A stretch of DNA of 64,000 bases from an uncultured Gemmataceae bacterium (GTDB taxonomy: Bacteria > Planctomycetota > Planctomycetia > Gemmatales > Gemmataceae), in contig CAVVPN010000004.1 of assembly GCA_963750165.1 (NCBI GenBank), forward strand, positions 640,001-704,000, read 5' to 3'. Every line of letters begins with the position of its first letter. Within the stretch, counting starts at the first letter, position 1. Shown piece after piece: positions 8,091 to 20,000 of this stretch. The notes under the pieces are model-generated. The model was not told the DNA's origin and made no database searches. It worked only from the letters and a program-made list of their open reading frames with translations. A program made the position numbers and the translations under genes.

Positions 8091-11000
8091 CGTCGTCGGC
8101 GGGAAGTTGAGCTTCTCGATGTTGGTGAACGCCACCGTGGTGCCGCCGGCACTGACGCTGCTGGGGCCGAAGCTGACGGGGTTGCCCTGGGCGTCGAAGG
8201 TGAGCGTGTCAGCGATCACCTGCGGCCCGCCATTGACGTTCACGGTCGTCACAGGCGACGGCACCACGCTGAAGGTGTTGTTGCTGGGGCCGCCTGTCAG
8301 GTTGACCGTGCCGATCCGCGTCAGGTTGAGCTGCATGCCGTCGGTGGTGCTCAACACCCCGGTACTCGATAGCGTGAAGGTCGTCACGTCCTTGGTGGCC
8401 GCCAGCGTGTCGTTGGCCGTGCCGGTGATGATACCCGTGCCGGTCCAGCCATCGACGGTGAAGGTGTTGCCGCCCTGCGTGTCCGTCAAGTTCGCGGTCT
8501 TGACGTTGGTCAGCGTCAGGGACATCTTGCTGCTGCTCAGGTTCGTGTTGCTGAGCGTGAAGCCGCCGGCCTTGCTGGCGATCACCGTGTCGGCCATCGT
8601 GCCGCTGTCGGTCAGGCTGCCGGTGCCGGTCCAGCCGCTGACCGTGAAGGTCCAGCTGCCCTGCGTGTCGGTCAGGGTGGCGGTCTTGACGTTGGTCAGT
8701 GTCAGGGACATCGTGCCGCTGCTCAGGTTCGTATCGCTCAGGGTGAAGCCGCCGGCCTTGCTGGCGACCACCGTGTCCGCCGTCGCGGCGCTGTCGGTCA
8801 GGCTGCCCGTGCCGGTCCAGCCGCCTACCGTGAAGGTGTTACCGCCCTGCGTGTCCGTCAAGTTCGCGGTCTTGACGTTGGTCAGCGTCAGGGACATCTT
8901 GCCGCTGCTCAGGTTCGTGTTGCTCAGGGTGAAGCCGCCGGCCTTGCTGGCGATCACCGTGTCGGCCGTCGCGGCGGTGTCGGTCAGGCTGCCGCCGCTC
9001 GTCCAGCCGCTGACGGTGAAGGTGTGTCCGCCGGCGGTCTCGGTCAGGTTGGCGGTGCCGATGCCGCTGAGGGCCAGGGTGAGGCCGGAGGTGTTGGTCA
9101 GGTTGGTGTTGGTCAGCGTGTAGTCACCGCCCGAACTCACGGTCACAGTGTCGGGCGTCGCGCCGGTGTTGCTCAGGCTGCCGCCGCCGGTCCAGCCGGT
9201 GACGGTAAAGGTGTTGCCGCCCTTCGTGTCGGTCAGGTTCGCCGTCTTGACGTTGGTCAGCGTCAGGGACATCGTGCCGCTGCTCAGGCTGGCGTTGGTC
9301 AGCGTGAAGCCACCGGCCTTGCTGGCGATCACCGTGTCCGCCGTCGCAGCGGTGTCGGTCAGGCTGCCGCCGCCGGTCCAGCTGCTGACGGTGAAGGTGT
9401 GGCCGCCGGCGGTCTCGGTGAGGTTGGCGGTGCCGACGCCGCTCAGCGTCAAATTGAGGCCGGTGGTGCTGGTCAGGCTGGTGTTGGTTAACGTGTAATC
9501 ACCGCCCGAACTCATGGTCACGGTGTCGGACGTTGCGCCAGTGTTACTCAGACTGCCAGTGTTGGTCCAACCGCTGACGGTGAAGGTGTTGCCGCCCTGC
9601 GTGTCGGTCAGGTTCGCCGTCTTGACGTTGGTCAGGGTCAGGGACATCGTGCCGCTGCTCAGGTTGGTGTTGCTCAGGGTGAAGCCACCCGCCTTGTTGG
9701 CGACCACCTTGTCCGCCGTCGCGGCAGTGTCGGTCAGACTGCCGACACCCGTCCAGCCACTGACGGTGAAGGTGTGGCTGCCGGCGGTCTCGGTGAGGTT
9801 GGCGGTGCTGATGCCGCTCAGCGCCAGATTGAGGCCGGTGGTGCTGGTCAGGTTGGTGTTGGTTAACGTGTAATCACCGCCCGAACTCATGGTCACGGTG
9901 TCGGGCGTTGCGCCAGTGTTACTCAGACTGCCAGTGTTGGTCCAGCCGGTGACGGTGAAGGTGTTGCCGCCCGCCGTGTCGGTCAGGTTGGCCGTCTTGA
10001 CGTTGGTCAATGTCAGCGACATCGTGCCGCTGCTCAGGCTGGCGTTGGTTAGCGTGAAGCCGCCCGCCGAGCTCGCGGCCACCGTGTCGGGCATCGCGGC
10101 GGTGTCGGTCAAGCTGCCGGTGCCGGTCCAGCCGCTGACGGTGAAGGTGTGGCCGCCCTGCGTGTCGGTCAGGGTGGCGGTCTTGACGTTGCTCAGCGTC
10201 AGCGACATCGTGCCGCTACTCAGGTTCGTGTCGCTCAGCGTGAAGCCGCCCGCCTTGCTGGCGAGCACCGTATCGGCCATTGCGGCACTGTCGGTCAGAC
10301 TGCCGGTGCCGGTCCAGCCGCTGACGGTGAAGGTGTGTCCGCCAGCGGTCTCGGTCAGGTTGGCGGTGCCGATGCCGCTGAGGGTCAGGTTGAGGCCGGT
10401 GGTGCTGGTCAGGCTGGTGTTGGTCAGCGTGTAGTCGCCGCCCGAACTCATGGTCACCGTGTCGGGCGTCGCCCCGCTGTCGGTCAGGCTGCCGCTGCCG
10501 GTCCAGCCGCTGACGGTGAAGGTGTTGCCGCCCGCCGTGTCGGTCAGGTTCGCGGTGCTGAACGGCCCCACCAGGGTCAGCGACAGGCCGTCGGTGCTGG
10601 TCAGACTGGTGTTGGTCAGCGTGTAGCCCGCCGCCTTGCTGCTCACGAGGATGTCGGGCACAACCGGGCTGCTGGAGGCGTTGACGAGTGTGATCGCCCC
10701 CGTCCAGGTGCTCACGTCAAAGGTGTGGCCGCCCGCCGCGTCCGTGATGTTGGCCGTGCCGAAGGCGCCCACCAGCGTCAGCGACATGCCGTCTGTGCTG
10801 GTGATGCTGCCGTTGCCGAGCGTGAAGCCGGCTGGCTTGTTGGCCACGATGGTGTCCGGGACAACTGGGTTGCTGGTGGTGTTGGTCAGCTTGCCGCCGT
10901 GCGTCCAGCCGCTCACGTCGAAGGTGTTGCCGCCCGCCGTGTCGGTCAGGTTGGCCGTCGTGAACGGCCCGCTCAGTGTCACGCCCATCCCGTCCGTGCT

Positions 11001-14000
11001 GCTCAGGCTGGTGTTGGTCAGCGTGTAGCCCGCCGCCTTGACGGCCGTCACCTTGTCCGCCGGGTTGCTCGGCGTGTTGGCCAGGGTGCCGCCGTGCGTC
11101 CAGCCGCTCACGTCGAAGGTGTTGCCGCCCTGCGTGTCGGTCAGGTTCGCCTTGTTGAACAGGCCAACCAGTGCGAGGGTGAGTCCGTCGCTGGCGGTCA
11201 GGCTGGTGTTGCCCAGCGTGAAGCCGGCCGCCTTGACGGCCACCACGGTGTCGCCCACCTGCGGCAGGCTCGCGTTGGCCAGGGTGCCGCCGGCTGTCCA
11301 ACCGCTCACGTCGAAGGTCTGGTTGCCGGCCGTGTCCGCCAGGTTGGCGGTGGCGAATGCCCCCACCAGGGTCATCGACAGGCCGCTGCTGCTGCTCAGC
11401 TTCGTGTTGGTCAGCGTGAAGCCGGCCGCGCCCGCCGCCCGGACCGTGCTGCCGGTCACGTTGCTCGTCAGCGTGCCGGTGCCCGTCCAGAGGTCGGTGC
11501 CCGCGGCGTTGTTCAGCGTGAAGGTGTGGGCGTGCGTGGCGCCCAGCAGGTTCGCCACCGTGATGCCGCTCAGCGTCATCGACATCCCTGGCGTCTGGGC
11601 CACGCCTTCCAGCGTGGACAGGCTGCCGTTGGCCAGGAAGAAGTCGGCGTCGCGGTTCACCACCACGGTGCCGGCGACCTGGTAGCCGGTCAGGCTGCCG
11701 GTGCCGGTCCAGTGGTCGCTGCCGTTGGCGTTGTCCAGCGTGAAGGTGTGCGGATGGCTGATGACCGTCAGGTTGGCGGCGCCAACGTTGCTCAGGCCAA
11801 TGTTCAGGCCGTCCGTCGCGCTCAGGCTGCCGTTGACCAGCGTGAAGTTGGCGTCGCGCGTCGAGATGACCGTGGCGCTGGCGCCGGCGCCGGTGGCGCT
11901 CAGGGTGCCGCCGCCGGTCCACCTGTCCGGCGTCGGGGCATTGGGTGTGTCGAGCGTGATGGTGTGCGGGTTGTTGATGACCGCGAGGTTGGCGGCGCCG
12001 ATGTTACTCAGCGTCACCGCCAGGCCGTCGCTGGCGGACAGGCTGCCGTTGACCAGCGTGAAGTTGGCGTCGCGCGTCGTCACCACGGTGCCGCTGGCGC
12101 CGGTGCCGCTGGCCGCCAGGATACCGCTGCCAGTCCACTTGTCCGGCGTGGCGGCGTTTACCGTGTCGAGCGTGATGGTGTGGGCGGCGTTGATGACGGT
12201 CAGGTTGGCCGTGTTGATGGCCGACAGGGTCATGTTCAGGCCGTCGCTGGCGGACAGCTTGCCGTTGACCAGCGTGAAGTTGGCGTCGCGCGTCGAGATG
12301 ACGGTGCCGCCGCCGCTGCCGGTGATGCTGCCGGTGCCGGTCCACCTGTCCGGCGTGCTGCCCACAACCGTCTCCAGCGCGAAGTTGTGCGGGCTGACCA
12401 GCGACGCCAGGTTGGCGACGCCGAAGCCGGTCAGCGTCATCGAGGTGCCGTCGCTCAGGTTCAGGCTGCCGCTGGCCAGGGTGAAGTCGGCGTTGCGCGT
12501 GACGTTCAGCGTGCCGCTGCCGCTGGCGTTGACCAGGTGGCCGGTGCCGGTCCAGTGATCGTTGCCCGCGTCCAGCGTGAAGGTGTGAGCGGTCGTCAGG
12601 GCGGTCAGGTTGGCGACCTTGAGGTTGCCGTTGCTGTTGTTCAACGTCATGGCCATGCCATCGCTGGTGGACAGGCTGCCGCTGGCGATCGTGAAGTCAG
12701 CGTTGCGCGTGACGTTGATGGTGCCGGTGCCGCCGGTGCTGGTCAGCGTGCCGGTACCGGTCCAGTGATCGCTGCCGGCGGTGTTGTCCAGGTTGAACAC
12801 GTGGGCCGTCGTGGTCGCCGTCAGGTTGGCGATGGTGATGCCGCTCAGGGTCAGCGACAGGCCGTCGCTGGTGTTCAGGCTGCCGTTGGCCAGCGTGAAG
12901 TCGGCGTTGCGCGTCGAGTTGATGGTGCCGGCGACGCCCGAGGCGGTCAGTGCCCCGTGGCCGGTCCACTTGCCGTTCGCGTTGTCCAGGTTGAAGGCGT
13001 GGGCCGCCGTGTTGACCGTCAGGTTGGCGGTGCCGAAGCCGGCCAGGCTCATCGACAGGCCATCGCTGGCGGCCAGGCTGGTGTTGGTCAGCGTGAAGTC
13101 GGCGTTCTTGGTGGCGGCGACGGTGCCGCTGCCGACGTTGTTGCTCAGCGAACCAGTGCCCGTCCAGGTGCCGCCCGCGTTGCTCAGGTTGAACGTGTGG
13201 GCGTTGTTGATCGCCGACAGGTTGGCCACGTTGATGTTGCCGTTGGTGTTGTTCAGCGTCAGGGCCATGCCATCGGTGCTGCTCAGCGTGGTGTTGGTCA
13301 GCGTGAAGTCGGCGTCCCGGCTGGCGACCAGGGTGCCGGTGCCGCCGTTGCTGGTCAGGGTGCCGGTGCCGGTCCAGTGACTGGTGCCGTTGATGTTATC
13401 GAGCTTGAACGTGTGCGGCTGGCTCAGGGCGGTCAGGTTCGCCACCGTGATGCCGGCCAGGCTGGCCGAGAGGCCATCGGTCGTGTTGATGCTGCTGTTG
13501 GACAGCGTGAAGTCGGCGTTCTTGGACAAAATCAGCTTGTCCGGGTTGCCGGCGAGGCCGGCGCCGGCCAGCGCCGCGCCGTAGGTCCAGCCGCTCAGGT
13601 CGAAGTTGTTGCCGCCGCCGGTGGCCGTCAGGATGGCCATGTTGAAGCCGCCGGTGCCGGTCAGGCTCAGCGTCTTCGAGGTCGTGGCGGTGGCGATGGT
13701 CAACTGGGCCGGTGTCGTCGCGTTGGTCAGCGTGTAGCTGTTGGGGCCGACGGCCTGCACGGCGTCCGGCGTGGCCGTGGTGCCCGGCGTGGTGCCGCTG
13801 GCGTTGGTCAGCGTGCCGGTGCCGGACCAGCTGTTGAGCGCGAAGGTGTGGCCGCCGGTGGTGTCGGTCAGGTTGGCCGTGGTGATGCCGGACAGCGTGA
13901 AGGTCTGGCCGTTGTCGCTGCGGACCAGCTGAGTGTTGCTCAGCGTGAAGTTGGCCGGGCCGGAGTCCACCACGGTGCCGGCGGTGTCGGTCAGCGTGCC

Positions 14001-17000
14001 CAGGCTCGACCAGCCGCTCACATCGAAGGTGGTGTTGCTGCCGCTCAGCTGGGCGGCGTTGACGTTGCTCAGGGTGATGGTCGCTGCCCCCTGGCTGGTG
14101 CCGCCGCCGCTCGGCGTACCCGAACTGGTCAGACCGGAGTTGGTCAGCGTGTACTGCGTCACCGGGGCGTTGGCCACGATGGTGTTGACCACGGTGCCGG
14201 CGCCGCCGATGAACGAGATGCCGCCGCCGGTCGCCGGCAGGTTGTACGAGGTCGTCGTGTCGGTCAGCGTGGTGTTGGTCGCCGCCCCGCCCAGCACCTT
14301 GAAGAACTCCAGCTGTGCCGCCGCCAGCGACTGGATGGTCACGGTGTTGGTGGTCGGCGTGTTCGGGTTGGCGTTGTCGCCGAACAGCAGGTCCACCTCC
14401 TGATCGTTGCCGAAGAAGTCCGTGAAGGGCAGGCCGCCGATGGTGCCAGCCAGCCGGTTAAAGTGGCCGTCGGTCAGGCCGGCGCCGGTGATGGCGTTCT
14501 GGTCCGCCTGCGACAGACTGGCCAGGGCTGGGCTATCGACAGTCACCACGTCCGTGTTGCTTGGCAGTGAAATAATGACGGGCTGGGTTGCCAGCTGGTT
14601 GAAGAAGTACTGGGACATGGGTGTGGGATCCTGACTGTTCGTAAAGTTGATGGTCTGCGAGCGGCCGCCGCTGACGACCGTGATCCGGCCGCTGCTGGGG
14701 TTCGTCGCACTGGGCGAGTAAGTCACACTGCCGCCGCCGTTGATGACGAGCGCGTGGTGGCCGCTCGGGCCGCCGTTGAAGTTGATAATCGGGGTCACCA
14801 GGCCGTAGGTGTTGTCAATCGTGAGGACGTTGTCGCCGCCCAGGCCCTGCACGGTGATCGAACCGATGGCGGTGCTGACGCCGTCGAACAGCACGACACC
14901 GTTCATGCTCAGCTCCACCAGGTTGCCGCGCATCCGCACCGTCCACTGCGTCACCGCGGCCGGCGCCATGTCGGAGGAGTTGTTGTCCAGCAGCACGTTC
15001 AGCAACCCGCCCGCGGCCGTCACCTGGTTGAAGCCGGTGTAGCCCAGGGGCTGGTAGGCGGTGGAGCCGGGCACCGTCAGCGTCGCCTGGCCGGGGCCGG
15101 TGATGTGCAGCAGGTTCGCCGGCAGGTTCGACAGGTCCAGGCTCAGGATCTTCGGGACGCCGGTGGGGTTCGGCAGCGTGCTGGCGTCGATCTCGGTGAC
15201 GGTGCCGGGGCTCGGGGCCGCCACGCCCACCGGCGTGGCGCCGTAGACCGGGGCCAGCTGCACGTTCATCAGATCGACCGACTGCAATTTGGCGGTCCAG
15301 CCGATCACCTGGCCGGACGCCGACAGCAGGTTCGGCAGCAGGCGGAACAGCGTCTGTGGCGTCGGGCTGGTGATGGTCGCGGTGTGGGTGCCGCCGGCGA
15401 CGCCCTGGTCCTCGATGAGCACCACACCGCCGCCGCTGAGCACGATGTTGTACAGGTCGTTGCTGCTGCCGCCCTGGAGCAGCAGGGTGCCGAGCAGGCC
15501 GTTCGTCGGCCCCACCGGGTTGAAGGTCCGGCCGTCCACGTTGAAGGTCGCCGTGCCGCCGTTGGCCGCGTTGCCCTGGAACACGGTGGTGCTGCCGGCC
15601 AGGGTTGTCTTGATGCCGAAGGTGTCGTTGCCCGTGGCGGAGCCCACCAGCGTGATGCCGCTGCCGGTGGCCGGGTCGAAGAAGGCGCCGCCGGGAGCCG
15701 CCGTGTAGTAGATCGCCGCCGGGGCGAAGCCGGTGACCTGCTGATACACCTGGCCGGCCACCGTGGCGGTGGTTTGCAGCACGTTCGGGCTGCCGGGGCC
15801 GCCGTGGTTGTTGATGACCAGGCGGTTGCTGCTGCCGCTGCCACCGACGAGCGTCAGGGTGCCGAGGATCAGGTGCAGGTCATAGTCCCCTGTCGGCACC
15901 TTGTTGGCATCGACGGCGTTCGAGGCGACGTTGAAGGTGACGCTGCCGTTGCCGCCCCGGATCAAGGTGGTGCTGCCGGCCAGCGTGCTGCGGACGTTGA
16001 AGCTGTCGCCGCCCAGCGCCGCGCCCTTCAGCAGCACGCCGTCGTTGGTTGTGCCGTCCAGGAAGGCGCCGCCAGTGGCCGTGTAGTCGATCGGTGCCGG
16101 CGCGAAGCCGGTGATCTCCTGGACGCTCTGCGTCTGGATGACGGCGCCGCCCTGTGTCGAGTTGGCCGTGACCGTGAAGGCGGTGCCGTCCAGGTGCGTC
16201 AGGATGACCGTGTTGCCGGTGACGAAGGCGGTGAAGTTCGCGGTGCCGGCCAGTTCCGCCGCCAGGTGCTGGGCCACGTCGGCGCCGGTGTCGCCGGTCT
16301 GCACCGTGTAGGACACCGGCCCGGCCAGGGTCGTGGTGTTGGTGCCGTCCTTCAACGTCACGGTCCAGGTGTCGCCCACGACCACGGCTGCCGGGATGGT
16401 CAGCGTCTGGGTCATCGGACTGGCGTCCTGCGTGACCGGGCTGGTGGCGTAGCCGCCGTAGTTGCTGACGATCAGCCGGTTGGCCGGGGCGCTGCCGCCG
16501 TTGATGACCAGTCGGCCCTGCACGCCGAGCAGGTTGCCATCGCCAGGCGCCGTCGAGGACACCGTGATGTTGCTGTTGCCGACGCCGTTCTGGATCGTGG
16601 TCACCGTGTTGGCGTGGGTGCCCTGGACATTGAGGTTGTCGCCGGCCACGCCGAGCAGCAGGTTGACGGCGCCGAAGTCGTAGTAGTTGATGCCGGTGGT
16701 GCGCGTGTCCAGCGTCAGGGTGCCGGCCAGTTGCGTCGTGTCGATGTCGGCCGGCGTGATGACCTCGGTGGCGTTGCCGTTCACCACGCTGAACTGGCCG
16801 CGGAAGGTGATGAAGAAGACGTTGTCGTACTTGGTCACCGCGAAATTGTCGGTGAACGGCAGCGCCGGGTTGGTGTTGTTCGGGTTCAGGATCGGGTCGA
16901 GGGCGTTGAACAAATCCTGGGCGCTGGCGTTGTAGGCGACGGCGCCGGTGGTTTCGATGGAGTCCGTGTTCGGGTTCAGCAGCTTGATGGCGAAGCTGCC

Positions 17001-20000
17001 GCCGGTGGCGTTGACGGTCAGTGTCTCCACGAGGTTCTGCGGCGGCGCCGTGGTGCCGTTCTGCACGACGGTGGTGGTCACGCTGACGGGGTTGCCCGGC
17101 CCGGCCACCAGGCCGGTCAGCGGCAGCAGGTCGCCGGCGCTGCTCGACTCGGCCCACTGCAACGGAGCGAAGTCGCGGCCGGCGCGGGTGTTGGTGAACG
17201 TGATGGTGAAGGTCACGTTCTTGACTGTGCGGTCCTCGGTGACGGCGATGTCGGTGAAGCCGTACAGCGTCGCCAGCTTCTGTTGCAGCACGGCGGCCGA
17301 GTCGGTGTAGTTCAGGGTCACGGTCTGGTCGCCGCCAAGGACGGCGCCCGCGGCGGCCGGCGTCAGCGCAATCGTGAAGGCCGCCCCGTCCAGCCGGCTG
17401 ATGACGATGGTGTTGCCGGTGACGAACGCCGAGAAGTTCAGAGCTTTGCCCAGCCCGGCCGCCAGTTGCTGGGCGACGACGGCGGGTGTATCGCCGGCCT
17501 GCACCGTGTAGGCCACCGGCCCGGCCAGCGTCGTGGTGCCCGAACCGTCCCGCAGCGTTACGGTCCAGGTGCTGCCGGCGTTGACGGCCGGCGGCAGCAG
17601 GATGGTCTGCGTCAGGCCGGTGACCACCGTGGCGGCGCCCGGTGTCAGGCTGACCGTGTAGTCCACGGCGGTCTGCTCGATGGCGACGACGGTGTTGCCC
17701 TTGGCCACGGCCGCGATCCCCGTGAGGCCGTTCAGTGCGGCGGCCAGGCCCTGGGCCACGGCCGGCAGGTCGTCGCCGGTTTCCGCGACATAGCTGACGG
17801 TGCCGCCCGGCGTCAGCGTCAGCGTCCAGGTGGCGCCCGCGGTCACCGTGCCCTGCAGCGTGATGACCTTGGTGATGCCCGCGACCGGTGCCGTCAGCTT
17901 GTAGGTGCCGCCGTTCGCCTGCACCACCAGCGTCTGCACCTCGGGCACCGCCGGCATGTTCAGGCCGGTGAGCGTGGTGCCGGTCAGCGTGCCGGTGTAG
18001 TGCGTCTGGCTGCCGCTGTCATCGATGTTGAGCACGTCCGCGGGGTTGCCGCCGACCACCGTCAGCAGCGAGGAAATCTGGTCGATCTGCGGCGTCGCGC
18101 TGCTGACGTTGACCGTGCTGGCGCCGGTGCCGGCGTTGATGGTCGTGTGGCCGGAGATGGTGTTGACGTTGAAGGTGTTCTGGCCGCCGCCGCCGTAAAC
18201 GTTGGTCGCGCCCGTGCTGGTCGATTGCACGTTGAAGGTGTTGTTGCCGGTGCCCAGGTAGACGTTTAACACGTCGATGCCCTGGTAGGTGATGCCGCCG
18301 TTGAAGGCGGTGCCGGCGATCACCGTGTCGCCGCCCATGCCCAGGCCGGTGATCTGCGTTGCGGTCAGCGTGCCCGTGTCGTTGGACGGGCTGTGGTTGT
18401 TGAAGACGTTCAGCGTGTTGGTCGATTGCGACTCCGCCACGGTCGTGTTCGGGTTGAACGGAGCGTAGTAGTACAGGGTGCCCGGCGTCGCGGTCGTGGT
18501 GGTCGTCGGCCATGGCGCCGCGAAGGTCACCTCCGTGCCGGAGATGACCGGCGTGAAGTCGCTGTGGAACTGGCCCTTCAGTGCCAGGATCACCGAGGCG
18601 ATGGTGTCGGTGCTCTGGACCTGATACGTCGCCGTTTCGGGCGTGTTGCCGGGATACTGCAGACGGAAGACCCAGGTGGAGCCGACGGCCCCCGGCGTCG
18701 CCAGCACAATCGCGGCCTGCGTCCATTGCACGCTGCTCCCGGCGGCATACAGCGATGCCAGTGTCGGGTCGCCGGAGAAGATGACGCCGCCCTGCGTCGG
18801 GCTGCCGGCGGGCGCCTCGGTGATGTCGAAGTGGCCGGCGCTGATGGCCGCGCCGTTCTTGCGGGTGATGAGCAGATACGCCTCGCCCAGCAGGCCCGTG
18901 CGCTGCTCGACGTTGTACGGCGTGGCCGTGGCGCCGAGCACCGCCGCCAGGTCCGCCGCCACCAGCGACACCACGTTCCGGTTCGGGGCCACCGTCACCG
19001 AGTAGGTCGTGCCGTCCAGCGTGAGCGCCCAGACCTCGCCCACGGCCGGCGTGCCGGTCAGTTGCAGGATCAGTGTCCGCCACTGGAGCGTCGCGCTGAC
19101 GAAGTTGTCGTAGTTGTTGCCGGTCGTCGGATTCTGCACCGGCGTGCCGATGAAGCGGGCAGCGCTGTCCGACGGGGCCACGCCGTTCTGCGTGAAGCTG
19201 ACGGTGAAGGGCACCTGCACGCCGTTGACCGTCTTGGCGCCGACGGAGAGGATGTCGCCCGAGGTCGAGGCCACCGGCAACTGCACGTTCGTGGCCGGGC
19301 CGTTCAGGAACGTGATCGAGTACGAGTAGCTGTTCATGCGCGGGTCGAACCCGGGTCGCTGGCCGGCGTCCTGGCTGACGAACGTGGCGTTCGGGTCGGT
19401 GATGGTCGCCCGGCCGCGGATGGCGAACGACAGCGTGATCGGGTTCAGGCTCGCCAGGCTGACGGTCACGGTGACGCCCGACGCCGTGGCGTTGACCAGG
19501 CCGCTCTGCATTTGCAGCGCCAGGCCGGCCGCGATGTCCGCCAGCTGGTCGTTCGGCTTGACCGTGTAGCTGAACGTCGGCGAACCGCTGAGCGACGGAA
19601 TGGTGGTCGTCCAGACCTCGCCCACGGCCGGCGTGCCGCCGAGCGTCAGCAGGGCCGTCGCCGGGGTCGGGTAGGTGACAGTGCCCGTGCCCTGCGTCAC
19701 CGAGCCGACCGTGGCCACCGAGCCGTCGGGCACCAGGAAGTTCGTCTCGCCCGGCAGCAGCACCGGGTTGTTCAGGAACTGATCCTGGCCCACGAGCACG
19801 CCGCCGTCGATGGTCAGCGGGCCGCGGATGCTGTTGACGCGCTGATCGGGCGCCGGGAACACCAGGGCGTCACTGCCCTCGACAACGTTGTACGGGTCGT
19901 AGGCGGCCACGGTCACGGTCTGGGCCAAGTTCCAGTTGGCGTGCGTGAACACCAGTTGCGGCGTCAGCGTCGCACCGCCCAGGCTGTCCGGCGAGATGCC

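Noticed and set aside
8440..10500. Near-identical DNA repeats as a CRISPR array or DGR template/variable pair
   Set aside because: The repeats are in-frame coding units without unique spacers. I saw no adenine-specific variation and no reverse transcriptase.
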